Shown: positions 50,429 through 59,890 of the stretch, one piece after another
Position numbering within the stretch: the stretch's first letter is position 1
How the letters are laid out: the number at the start of each line of letters is the position of its first letter
Source: an uncultured Spirochaetota bacterium
Lineage (GTDB): Bacteria > Spirochaetota > Spirochaetia > SZUA-6 > Fen-1364
Length of the DNA stretch: 64,000 nt
Reading direction: 5' to 3'
Assembly: GCA_963745235.1 (NCBI GenBank)
Contig: CAVUXE010000033.1
Location: 1-64,000, forward strand
The notes under the pieces: model-generated
Told to the model about the DNA's origin: nothing
Database searches by the model: none
The model's input: the letters and a program-made list of their open reading frames with translations, nothing else
Position numbers and translations under genes: made by a program

Positions 50429-51196
50429 ATGACGATTCGACGTTCTTTCCCCCTTGCCCTTCTTCTCGTTCCCGCTTTTCTTTCAGCCCAGGTCCTTCGT
50501 GTCGCCTCCTACAACGTTGCGGGGCTTGGCGAGCAACGCAAGGACTACGCGGCCCTTGCAAAGGTGATCAACAACTTCGACGTCGTCGCGGCCGAAGAAG
50601 TCATGAATGCCGGCGGGCTGGAAAAGGTGCTCAGCCTGCTTGCCGACGGGTGGGAGGGGGCAATCAGCAAGCATTCGGGGTTCTTCGGGTTCTTCTATAA
50701 CGAACGAGTCGAGCTGTACAAGATGCTGGGCGAATACCCCGGAGCCGGGCAGTTTTCCCGCCCGCCATGCGGAGCGAACTTCAGGGTGAAAGGCTCCCCA
50801 TTTTCGTTCAATCTCGTTGCGTGTCACATAGATTCGGCGCAGGGCGCCGGGGCTCGAAACGCCGAGATCGACCGGCTGGGCGACGTGTATCGTTATTTCG
50901 AGAAGCTCACCGGCAATCATGGCATGACGATCATGGCGGGAGATTTCGGGGAGGACCGGATCCCCTCGTTCCGATCGCTCACCGCGCTGGGGGGGCAGCA
51001 GGTGCTTCCCGACAAGGCGACGACAATGGGCAAGAACGGGCTCGGCCGTGACGAGGATCATATCTTCGTCAGCGCCGCCCTGCGGCCCCGGGTCCAGAAG
51101 GCGGACGTCCTCTACTGGACGCGCGACTTCGAGGGCTCGCGCGCCACGGTCTCGAATCATTTTCCCGTCTATCTCGTGCTCAAGGCGGGCAGGTAA
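50429..51196 (+). CDS. Secreted endonuclease/exonuclease/phosphatase (DNase I-like)
   Basis: Signal peptide, ASYNV, FDVVAAEEV, ACH, AGDF, DHIF, SNHFPV. Confidence 0.8.
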   Translation: MTIRRSFPLALLLVPAFLSAQVLRVASYNVAGLGEQRKDYAALAKVINNFDVVAAEEVMNAGGLEKVLSLLADGWEGAISKHSGFFGFFYNERVELYKMLGEYPGAGQFSRPPCGANFRVKGSPFSFNLVACHIDSAQGAGARNAEIDRLGDVYRYFEKLTGNHGMTIMAGDFGEDRIPSFRSLTALGGQQVLPDKATTMGKNGLGRDEDHIFVSAALRPRVQKADVLYWTRDFEGSRATVSNHFPVYLVLKAGR

Positions 51197-51205
51197 GCCG
51201 TCCGC

Positions 51206-51694
51206 ATGCCGTTCGTCGAGCCCATCGGGTACGTTCGAAACAATCGTCGAAGCCTGGACGATGACTACTGGGGCGGCCTGGAATCCGTCATCGAGCTGGT
51301 GGACACCATGGACCCGGACGCCTTGCTCGGCCTGGAACAGTTCTCCCATGCCGAGGTGATCTACTATTTCCACCTCGTCGAGGACCCCAGGATCACCCTC
51401 GGGGCGCGCCGTCCCCGGGGCAACCCGCTATGGCCACTGGTTGGAATTTTCGCTCAGCGGGCGAAGAACCGCCCGAACAGGATCGGCCTCACCACCGTCT
51501 CCATCCGCGGGCGCGAAGGCAGGCGGCTGCGCGTGGCTGACCTGGATGCCGTTGACGGCACGCCTGTGCTCGACATCAAGCCCGTCATGGCGGAGTTCCT
51601 GCCCCGCGGCAACGTGCGCCAGCCCCCATGGTCCCGTGAGCTGATGGAGGCCTACTGGCTGCCGGAAGAGAAGCGCCCGTCCGGCGGGCGCTGA
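51206..51694 (+). CDS. TsaA/TrmO-like SAM-binding protein
   Basis: PIGYV, GIFAQR..NRPNRIG, LDAVDGTPVLDIKP. Confidence 0.85.
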   Translation: MPFVEPIGYVRNNRRSLDDDYWGGLESVIELVDTMDPDALLGLEQFSHAEVIYYFHLVEDPRITLGARRPRGNPLWPLVGIFAQRAKNRPNRIGLTTVSIRGREGRRLRVADLDAVDGTPVLDIKPVMAEFLPRGNVRQPPWSRELMEAYWLPEEKRPSGGR

Positions 51695-52618
51695 TCACGC
51701 CGACAAGCCTTCCTGGCACGCCGGCTTGCCGCCGTAGAGTCCGAGGGATTGGATCTCCGCAAAGGTCGCATAGGGAACGGAGGTCACCGCTTCCGTCAGC
51801 TCCCCTGCGCACAGGGCATGTCTGGCGGCGGTGGATGAGCACATGAGCGGCACTGCGGGAAGGGTGTGGACGTCGAGGAAGGTTTCAATCCTCCCTGGAC
51901 CATCCCCCTGGCCGAAGCGATCGATGAAGACCGCCGACACCGTGTGCCCGGAAGCGCTGGTCTCCAGAAGCCTGCGGGACAGTCCCTCGAGCTTCTCGAT
52001 GGTGTCCGGCTCCCCCCTCTGATTGCGGCGCCTGTAGTGATCCGAGCCGGCGACGTAGAAGGCATGCACGCGTTGACGCGGGTTGAGCGCCAGAAGCCGG
52101 CCCAGGTTTGTCTCCCCATCGAGGCCACTCCCGAGGGCAATTGGCGAGTACTCGAAAAAGGGCTCGAACGCATCGATGACGGTGCGTGCGAGCCTGTGAC
52201 GGATTTCCTGCTGCAGCATGAAAGGTTTGCGGGGATCCTCGCCCGCGATCACGAAGATCACCCGGTCCAGCTGCATGAGGACAAGAGCGGTCAGTCCGAC
52301 CAGGATGTGTCCCCAGTGGAGGGGATTGGCGGCCAGGGCGTACACGCCGATTTGCAGAGTGTCCGGGCTTTCCTGCGCCGGCGGGTGCGTCTCTCCAAGG
52401 CGAAGGCGCCATGGCGGCCGAGTCCTTCCGGCAAGGACCATTTCAGCAAGCGCGTCGGTCCACCGCATCGCGCAGGCGGCAATTGCATGCAGGCAGGCGT
52501 GGCGCGCCTGGTCCGACGCCAGCTGCGCCATTCCCTGGATCTGGATACTGGTGAAGCGTCGAATGCGCCGGATCCCGTCATCCAGCACAAAGGGCCGCAT
52601 GGAAGCGTCATTTCGCAT
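51695..52618 (-). CDS. HxGH nucleotidyltransferase (NadD-like)
   Basis: ANPLHWGH, YVAGSD, SSTAAR. Confidence 0.65.
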   Translation of the reverse strand: MRNDASMRPFVLDDGIRRIRRFTSIQIQGMAQLASDQARHACLHAIAACAMRWTDALAEMVLAGRTRPPWRLRLGETHPPAQESPDTLQIGVYALAANPLHWGHILVGLTALVLMQLDRVIFVIAGEDPRKPFMLQQEIRHRLARTVIDAFEPFFEYSPIALGSGLDGETNLGRLLALNPRQRVHAFYVAGSDHYRRRNQRGEPDTIEKLEGLSRRLLETSASGHTVSAVFIDRFGQGDGPGRIETFLDVHTLPAVPLMCSSTAARHALCAGELTEAVTSVPYATFAEIQSLGLYGGKPACQEGLSA

Positions 52619-52681
52619 GGCCGCTGCCCTCCTGCTTGGTATATACCGACCATGCCTGGTGTGAGTTGCTGTCTATGAGTC

Positions 52682-53272
52682 TCAGGCTTTCTTTCGCAGG
52701 AGGATGGATCGACTGATCGGGATCCGGGGACGGCTCTCGACACTGAGGCCCGCTGCCAGGGCCGCGTCCAGCTCCCGCTGGAAGAACTCCTCTGCCACGT
52801 GCCAGGACGGCTCGGAGAAGAGGAGGCGTCCGCCCGGCGAAAGGGCCGCCGAGATTTCGCTGAAGAACCTTCCCGCGTCGGGGACCTCGTGGACCATGGC
52901 GAAGGCAAGCGCGAACCCCACCTTGCCCGCGAGGTCACTCACGCCCAGGGTGTTCCCGCGCACCGCGCGCAGGTCAAGTCGATCCAGGAGCCCTGCCCTG
53001 ACTGCCCTTCGCCGGAGGGTCTCCAGCATTTTCGGCTGAACGTCCACGGCAACCACGCGCCCCGTGGGGCCCACCAGCCGGGCAAGGTCCAGGGTGAAGA
53101 ATCCCATGCCGGGCCCTGGCTCCAGGACGGTCATCCCCTCCGCCACCAGGTTTGCAAGCAGTGACCCGGGGGCGTAGAGCAGCCTTCGCAGAGGGTTGAA
53201 TGCGAGGAAGCGGCCGATCCATGGAGGACAAAGGTGATCGGCCGCGTGACGGGGCGTTGGAGAGAGAGACAC
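52682..53272 (-). CDS. Class I SAM-dependent methyltransferase
   Basis: VLEPGPGMGFF, VAVDVQ, HEVPD, LSPGGRL. Confidence 0.88.
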   Translation of the reverse strand: MSLSPTPRHAADHLCPPWIGRFLAFNPLRRLLYAPGSLLANLVAEGMTVLEPGPGMGFFTLDLARLVGPTGRVVAVDVQPKMLETLRRRAVRAGLLDRLDLRAVRGNTLGVSDLAGKVGFALAFAMVHEVPDAGRFFSEISAALSPGGRLLFSEPSWHVAEEFFQRELDAALAAGLSVESRPRIPISRSILLRKKA

Positions 53273-53907
53273 TACCCGAGAGTGAAGGGCGGGTACACGT
53301 CAGTGACGAGGAGGAACGCGTACGCGCTGACGCGCAGGCTCCACTGCGCCACCCCGACCACGTAGTTGAAGAGGCCCCGGGGATACCTGCCGGTGAAAAG
53401 GATTGCAAACCAGGCGATGATCACCGCGCCTACGGCGCCAAGGAACAGGAAGAACAGGACCACGTAGTGCGGAATGGCAAGGAACCATTTGACCAGCGGC
53501 AAGCCCGCCTTGAGGTCCTTTGTCACGTCGGGATACGGAATCTCCGCGTGCACCGCCTGCTCCTGGTCCGTGGAGGGACAGGCATCCGTGAGGAGGGCAA
53601 GGTAGGCGCCGACCCTCAGGCTGAAGCGCGTCAGGTTGACGTTCCAATCGAACCACCAGCGCGGATACTTCCACCGGAAAAGGATCATCAGGACAGTGGG
53701 GAGGAAAAGGATCCCGCCTGCAAGGAACGGAAACGTGGAAGCCTGGTGGTGGGAGTCCCAGCCGGGGCCGCTCACGAGAGCCAGGACGATCAGGATGGGG
53801 ACGATGAGAATGACCCGGAAGACCGAGGTCAGCCTGTTCAGCTCGCGATCAGGATAGTCGATGCGAAGGGAGACCGGAAAGGCCGCGGAAGCGTTCTTGT
53901 CGGACAT
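53272..53907 (-). CDS. DUF4389 membrane protein
   Basis: Duplicated L.R....ILIP / YPRWWF / LVKWFLAIPHY / GRYPRGLF / DVYPPF. Confidence 0.85.
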   Translation of the reverse strand: MSDKNASAAFPVSLRIDYPDRELNRLTSVFRVILIVPILIVLALVSGPGWDSHHQASTFPFLAGGILFLPTVLMILFRWKYPRWWFDWNVNLTRFSLRVGAYLALLTDACPSTDQEQAVHAEIPYPDVTKDLKAGLPLVKWFLAIPHYVVLFFLFLGAVGAVIIAWFAILFTGRYPRGLFNYVVGVAQWSLRVSAYAFLLVTDVYPPFTLG

Positions 53908-53962
53908 CTGATTCTCCTCTGGAGAAGACTTTCCCTGACTCTAACCCTGCACGATGGTGCCG

Positions 53963-55420
53963 TCAATATTTAGACATCGCCGGGTCCACTTCATCCGCCC
54001 ACGCGTTGATCCCGCCGACGAGGTTCTTCAGCTTTCGAAACCCGACGGAGCGGAGGAACTCCACCGCCTTGGCGCTGCGGCCGCCCACGCGGCAGTGCAC
54101 CACCATCTGGCGGGCGGTATCGAGCTCCGCCACGCGTTCGGCAAGCTCTCCCAGCGGGATGAGGATGCTGCCCGGTATCCGTGAGATCTGCGACCTCCTC
54201 GGGGTTGCGGACGTCCAGGATGACGATGTCCTCGTTGCGGCTGAGCCTCTCTTTCAGCTCACGGGGCCGGATCTCCCATTCGTCACCCAGGCTCTTGGCC
54301 TCCATTTCCTCTCCGCGGATCCCGCAGAACTGCTCGTAGTCGATCAGTTTCGTCACGGTGGGATGCGTGCCGCAGACAGGGCAGTCGGGGTCCTTTCTGA
54401 GCCTGAGCTCCCGGAAGCGCATCTTCATGGCATCGACAACGAGCAGCCGGCCGGCAAGGGATTCGCCCCTGCCCAGGATGAGCTTCACGGCCTCGGTGGC
54501 CTGGATGGTGCCGATGATTCCCGGGCAGCACGCCCAGGACGCCGCCTTCCGCGCAGCTGGGAACGAGGCCCGGCGGGCGGCGGCTCGGGGTACACGCACC
54601 GGTAGCACGGCCCCTCAGGCAGGCAGAACACGGATGCCTGCCCGTCGAAACGGAAGATGCTTCCGTAGACGTTCGGGATCCCGAGCATCACGCAGGCATC
54701 GTTGACCAGGTAGCGGGTCGGGAAATTGTCGGTGCCGTCCACCACCAGGTCGTAACCCTCCATGATCTGCAGGGCGTTCTCTGAGGTGAGCCGTCGCTTC
54801 GTGCGTCATGACCTGGACGTCCGGGTTCATCCCGCGGATCCTTCGCGCGGCAACCTCCAGCTTGGAGCGCCCCACGTCGGCGGTGGTGTAGATGATCTGG
54901 CGCTGGAGGTTTGTGAGGTCCACCGTGTCGAAGTCCACGATGCCCAATGTCCCGACCCCCGCTGCCGCAAGGTAGGAAAGGGCGGGGGAGCCGAGCCCTC
55001 CCGCGCCGACCACGAGCACCCGCGCGCGGCGAAGCTTCTGCTGCCCCTCCATGCCCACCTCGGGCATGATGAGGTGCCGGCTGTAGCGCTGGATCTGCAT
55101 GCTGGTTGAGCCCTGGCGATGCGGCTGCTCCGCGGGGATCCGCGCCTCCCGCCACGGACGGGATGATGCTGATGACGTCTTTCGCGCTCACCGGTGTCAT
55201 GTCCTTCTCCAGTGCGCGGATGGCGTCATCGTTGACGAAGACATTCACGAAGCTGCGAAGCCTGCCCTGCTCGTCGAAGATGTGTCTTCTTCAGCTGCGG
55301 GTAGTCGGCCGCGAGTCGTTGGAGGAGATCACCAACGGTTTCTCCTTCCACCCGGACCGAGTCGTGATTGCCGGCAAGTCCGCGCAAGGCGGTCGGGATC
55401 TCAACGGTAACAAGGCTCAT
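53963..55420 (-). CDS. moeB: Ubl (MoaD/ThiS)-MoeB/ThiF E1-rhodanese fusion (multiple frameshifts)
   Basis: IPTALR..., IIPSVAGG with no stop after it; [62 protein letters not shown]. Confidence 0.88.
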
Positions 55421-55853
55421 GGGCTGTTCTCCTTGATCGTCAGCGCAAGCGGATCGAATCCTGAACGGTCATCTCTCAGCTGCCAGGCATGAGGCTTCCC
55501 CGGCAACCGCCCTTCGAAACTGGAATGATCAGATAGCTGAACCAGGGCCACGCGCGGTCCCGGTCGTACTGCGAAGGGCGAGCGGGATGGTCCGGGTGGG
55601 AATGGTAGATCCCGAGCATCACGAGACCCGCTTTCCTCCCGTATCTCTCGGCGTCCCTGAACTGCGCGGGTGTGATCAGGAACCGGTTCTCCCGGGAATC
55701 CGCGCGCTCGTTGGGCTGGCGGCGTATTTCGGAGATTTCCCGCGTCCGGTCGTCCTGGCGTCCCATCATGAAGCCGCAGCATTCGTGGGGGTACGTCTCT
55801 TCTCCCTGTCGCCTGATCTGCTCCAGGATGACCGCCGGCAGGACCAGCCTCAT
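55417..55853 (-). CDS. JAB/MPN+ (Mec-like) metalloprotease
   Basis: YPHECCG, YHSHPDHPARPSQYD; frameshift near the 3' end. Confidence 0.9.
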
Positions 55854-56237
55854 GCATGCGCCTGCGGCGCTGACCTGCGCCGGTCAGGCAGGACGGTCAC
55901 GACGCAGCCCTGGTGCAGGCGCGAGGTACGCCGCCAACGTCGCGGACAATGCCCCGTCCACGTTCGCCGGGACACACAGGCGCACGCGGTAGCCGCCGGC
56001 GGCGCCGATCATGGCATTTGCATGGCCGTGTTTCCCGACGAGGCATGGATGATCGTCTTCTGCGGAGTCAGGGCGCCTCGACGCTCTCCGTCCAGGATCA
56101 CGCTGAGGGCGCGGCGATCCTTGACTGAGCCACCCGGGTTCATCCACTCCGCCTTGGCAAGAACCTCGGGAGGGAGGTCGCGCAGCAGGCGTAAGCCGCA
56201 ACAGCGGAGTATTTCCAATGGCCTCACTCAGCCGCAT
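55850..56237 (-). pseudogene. cysM: Cysteine synthase (CysM-like) remnant with large internal deletions
   Basis: IGNTPLLRL, KAEWMNPGGSVKDR, ASSGNT and C-terminal VVTVLPD all fall within ~390 bp, against ~900 bp for an intact gene. Confidence 0.85.
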
Positions 56238-56260
56238 CGAACCGGAATATACGAATTCCC

Positions 56261-57319
56261 TTATACGATGGGGAAGGACCAGAGAGGTCGATGCGCGGCG
56301 CGCACGGCCTCAATGACCTCACTGGTCTGGGGGCCCGGCGCGGCGAGCGCCGGGGGCTTGTCTTCTCCATCTGCTGCGCGCGCCAGCGTGGTGAGGACGG
56401 CGGCGACTCCTTCCGCCAGCGCACCCCCGTGGTAGCCTCCCTCCAGCGTGAAGACGAGCCTGCCGGGGCAGCAAGCCGCGCTCATTGCAAGGAGCGACCT
56501 CGTCATGCGGGCGAACCCGGAAGCGGTCACGTTCATGTCGGCAAGAGGATCACCCTTCGCGATGTCAAAGCCGGCGGATACAAGGATCAGGTGCGGCTTG
56601 TAGCGCTCAGCGATCGGCTGGAGCACGCGCTCGACAATCCCCTGATAATCGTCGTCCCCCTGACCGGGGGGCAGGGGCAGGTTCACCGTGAACCCTGCTC
56701 CCGGGCCCGAACCCACCTCATGGATCATGCCGGTGCCGGGATAGTGGGGGGACTGGTGAACCGAGCAGACCAGCACCCTGTCGGTGTCATAAAAGCTGTG
56801 CATGGTCCCGTTCCCGTGGTGCACATCCCAGTCGAAGATCAGGACGCGCTCCAGGCCAAGGCGATGCAGGGCATGTTCCGCGGCCACCGCCACGTTGTTG
56901 AAGAAGCAGAAGCCCATGGCGTGCCCTGCTTCGGCGTGATGCCCGGGCGGACGGACCAGCGCAAAAGCCGCGTCGACGTCGCCGTTGACTGCCGCATCCA
57001 CGGCGGCGATGAGGCCGCCGGCAGCCCTGACCGCGGCGGAAAACGTGTGCTCGTTGGCCGACGTGTCCGCGTCGAACACCGTGCGGGGTCTTCCCCGGGT
57101 CTGCTGCACCGCCTCGATGTAGGATTCCTCGTGGACCCGGGAAAGCTCCTGCCGGGTCGCATCCCGGGAAGGGAGCGTCACCAGCGTGTCCCTCAGGGGA
57201 AAGCTTTCCAGCATCGCGTCGATGGCCGAAAGCCGCGCCGCGGATTCCGGATGTCCTGGTCCGTTGGAGTGCAGGAGAAACAGTGGATCCCTGACGAGAC
57301 CGATTCGCTTGACGCCCAT
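56261..57319 (-). CDS. Histone deacetylase family protein
   Basis: [38 protein letters not shown]. Confidence 0.93.
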   Translation of the reverse strand: MGVKRIGLVRDPLFLLHSNGPGHPESAARLSAIDAMLESFPLRDTLVTLPSRDATRQELSRVHEESYIEAVQQTRGRPRTVFDADTSANEHTFSAAVRAAGGLIAAVDAAVNGDVDAAFALVRPPGHHAEAGHAMGFCFFNNVAVAAEHALHRLGLERVLIFDWDVHHGNGTMHSFYDTDRVLVCSVHQSPHYPGTGMIHEVGSGPGAGFTVNLPLPPGQGDDDYQGIVERVLQPIAERYKPHLILVSAGFDIAKGDPLADMNVTASGFARMTRSLLAMSAACCPGRLVFTLEGGYHGGALAEGVAAVLTTLARAADGEDKPPALAAPGPQTSEVIEAVRAAHRPLWSFPIV

Positions 57320-57372
57320 CTCCTTGACCTCACCGTGGCCCGGTATAAGATACACACCATGAGGTGAAAGTC

Positions 57373-58872
57373 ATGAAGAACAAATCAGTGATCGTCATCG
57401 GCGCCGGCATCGCGGGACTTGCAGCGGGCTGCTACGCCGCCATGAACGGGTACCAGACCAGGATCTTCGAAATGCACTCATGCCCCGGCGGTCTTTGCAC
57501 AGCGTGGAAGAGGGGCGGATACACCATTGATGGCTGCATCCACTGGCTTGTCGGCACGAAACCCGGTTCCGCCATGTACCGCGTGTGGGAAGAGCTCGGT
57601 GCCGTGCAGGGCAGGCAAGTCTTCCTCGCGGAGCAGTTCCAGCGCTATGAAGACAGGGACGGCAGGGTGTTCACCCTGTACACCAATCTGGACAGGCTTG
57701 AAGCGCACATGCTGGAGACCGCCCCCGAGGATGCGGAGGCAACGGGGAGGTTCTGCAAAGCCGCGCGGGAGTTCACCGGGACGGGCGTACCGGTCATGAA
57801 GCCCATGGCCCTGATGACGCCCTGGGAAAAGATCAAGCTCGCGGGGAGGCTCTCAGAGCTCAAGCCCTTCATGACATGGAACCGCGGGCCGATGTCCCGC
57901 GTCCTGGCCCAGTTCACAAGCCCACTCATCCGCAAGGCAATGGCGAGCGCATGGCCGGAGTCCTTCCCCGCGGGATTCCTTTTTGCCACGCTGGCCTGGC
58001 TCAACGACGGGTCGGCGGGATACCCGATGGGCGGCTCGAAGGACTTCAGCCAGGCAATTGAGAAGCGCTTCCTCGGTCTGGGCGGAGAGATCCTCTGCCG
58101 TTCGAGGGTTTCCCGGATCCTCGTGGAGGCGGACAGGGCCGTCGGTGTGCGTCTCGAAGACGGCAGCGAGCATCGGGCGGACTTTGTCATATCGGCGGCT
58201 GACGGACACGCCACGATATTCGACATGCTTGATGGCAGGTACACGGATGAGACCGTCAGGGGGTACTACGAAAAGCTCACGCCGTTCCCTTCCCTTGTGC
58301 TCGTCGGCCTCGGGGTCAAACGGTTGTTCGATGATGTCCCGGTGCTCGTCTCCACCCTGCAGATCGAGCTTCCCGAGCCGCTTCGCATTGCGGACCACAC
58401 GGTGAGCACCCTCGGCGTTCGCATCTTCAACAATGACCCCACCCTGGCCCCGGAGGGGCGGACAACGCTCCTGTGCGCTTTTGCATCCGAGCTGGCCTGG
58501 TGGAAGAATCTCAGGCAGGATGCATCCAACTACTGCCCTGTCAAGAATGAGATTGCGGACCGCGTGGTCGCTGCCCTGGACCGCCGTTTCCCGGGCCTTG
58601 CCTCGCAGGTGGAGATGCGTGACGTGGCCACGCCGCTTACCTTCGAGCGCTACACGGGCAACTGGCAGGGCAGCTTCGAGGGCTGGATGACGACTCCGGA
58701 GAACTGGATGATGCGCATGCGCACCAGCCTGCCCGGCCTTGCGAACTTCTGGATGTGCGGCCAGTGGGTCGAGCAGGGAGGCGGGCTTCCGCCTGCTGCC
58801 CTGTCGGGACGCAATGCCGTCCAGTTCCTGTGCGCGCGGGATGGGAGGAAGTTCGAAGCGCGTCGGGAATGA
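57373..58872 (+). CDS. Phytoene desaturase-family FAD oxidoreductase
   Basis: GAGIAGL, PGGLC..W.R.GY..DGCIHWL, ATPLTF.RYT.N..GS, GGGLP. Confidence 0.85.
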   Translation: MKNKSVIVIGAGIAGLAAGCYAAMNGYQTRIFEMHSCPGGLCTAWKRGGYTIDGCIHWLVGTKPGSAMYRVWEELGAVQGRQVFLAEQFQRYEDRDGRVFTLYTNLDRLEAHMLETAPEDAEATGRFCKAAREFTGTGVPVMKPMALMTPWEKIKLAGRLSELKPFMTWNRGPMSRVLAQFTSPLIRKAMASAWPESFPAGFLFATLAWLNDGSAGYPMGGSKDFSQAIEKRFLGLGGEILCRSRVSRILVEADRAVGVRLEDGSEHRADFVISAADGHATIFDMLDGRYTDETVRGYYEKLTPFPSLVLVGLGVKRLFDDVPVLVSTLQIELPEPLRIADHTVSTLGVRIFNNDPTLAPEGRTTLLCAFASELAWWKNLRQDASNYCPVKNEIADRVVAALDRRFPGLASQVEMRDVATPLTFERYTGNWQGSFEGWMTTPENWMMRMRTSLPGLANFWMCGQWVEQGGGLPPAALSGRNAVQFLCARDGRKFEARRE

Positions 58873-58898
58873 ACTTCGCGGGGAAGGGCTTCCGCCGC

Positions 58899-59165
58899 TC
58901 AGGCGTCCTGCTGCTCCAGAACGCCAATAGAGATGCCTTTCTCAACGAGCGCGGCCCAGGTGATGCGGATTGGCCCCCCCTGCGCTCCGGCACGTGCGCG
59001 GCTCTCGATCACTCCTGAGGTGAGGACGCTATCCGCAATCTGCTGCGCGGCTGCATCCGTGTAGTCGTCAGGAACAGACAGCACCTCCAGGACGGCGTGA
59101 TCCATCGACGTCGCAAGCCCGAGGCGTCCGTCTTTTCCTTTCGTGAAATACAGTGATCGAGTCAA
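58899..59165 (-). CDS. Hypothetical protein
   Basis: 88-aa ORF with protein-like composition filling an intergenic gap. Confidence 0.4.
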   Translation of the reverse strand: MTRSLYFTKGKDGRLGLATSMDHAVLEVLSVPDDYTDAAAQQIADSVLTSGVIESRARAGAQGGPIRITWAALVEKGISIGVLEQQDA

Positions 59166-59194
59166 ATCGTGGTTTCCTTCTTACATTTGATTCT

Positions 59195-59641
59195 ATGCGA
59201 AACCCGAAAGAAATGGAAGACCCGACGGCGGACATGGGCGGCGTTCCAGGCACCCGGGGGAATCCCTGGATGCTGAAGACGCCCGGAGGAGGCTCTGAGT
59301 TCCTGGCATTCAGAGACCCGGCCCTGGACCCGCCGGCAATCGTCGTCAGGTTTGGAGGCACGGAGCTGAGATATCATCTGCGCTGCCTGAACGACCTGGA
59401 TGAGATGCTGAAAGCTCGCGGAGACTGGATGCCCCTGGGAATCGCTGAGGAGAAGCAGCAGGCCGCAGCCGGTACCGTGGAGGCCTGGGCGCGCTCACCG
59501 GAAAACCCCGTGAAGGGGTGGTATGGCCTGACGAAGGGGCTGCGGGGCAGGTTCGCGATGTACATCCCGCCCGTCATGAAAGCTCTCGACCTGGCGGAGA
59601 TCAACGAGGGTCCGCACGGCGGCCGCATGCGATCCGCGTGA
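59195..59641 (+). CDS. DUF6855-family protein
   Basis: GT..NPW.LKTP.G.SEF, TVEAWARS..NPV.GWYGL.KGLRGRF. Confidence 0.7.
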   Translation: MRNPKEMEDPTADMGGVPGTRGNPWMLKTPGGGSEFLAFRDPALDPPAIVVRFGGTELRYHLRCLNDLDEMLKARGDWMPLGIAEEKQQAAAGTVEAWARSPENPVKGWYGLTKGLRGRFAMYIPPVMKALDLAEINEGPHGGRMRSA

Positions 59642-59721
59642 CCCGCCGGGCGCGCTGACAGCCGTCCTGGGCCGCCGCTCCCGATGGCCCCGAGGGCGGA
59701 CGGCACCAGGGGGGCGACCCT

Positions 59722-59750
59722 TTGACACTCTTCCTGCTTTTGCGTATAGT
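59722..59750 (+). promoter_or_regulatory. Sigma70 promoter of the DEAD-box helicase gene
   Basis: TTGACA (59722-59727), 17 bp, TATAGT (59745-59750); about 135-nt leader before the ATG at 59891. Confidence 0.7.
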
Positions 59751-59890
59751 CTGCACGGGTCAGGTGGCCGTGTTACGGCGCCTGACGACGAACGAACGAG
59801 TGAACAGGGCATAAAAGTCCTCGCGGCGGCCTCACCGGCGAATCCTCCGAAAAACACACACTCAAACAAGCCGGACACGTAAGGAACACA

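Noticed and set aside
53963-55853. E1 + JAB as a CBASS/Bil-type anti-phage system
   Set aside because: No E2, cyclase or effector. The rhodanese domain and cysM remnant indicate a sulfur relay.
57373-58872. Carotenoid biosynthesis (crtI)
   Set aside because: No crtB/crtE nearby; it belongs to a broad FAD oxidoreductase family.
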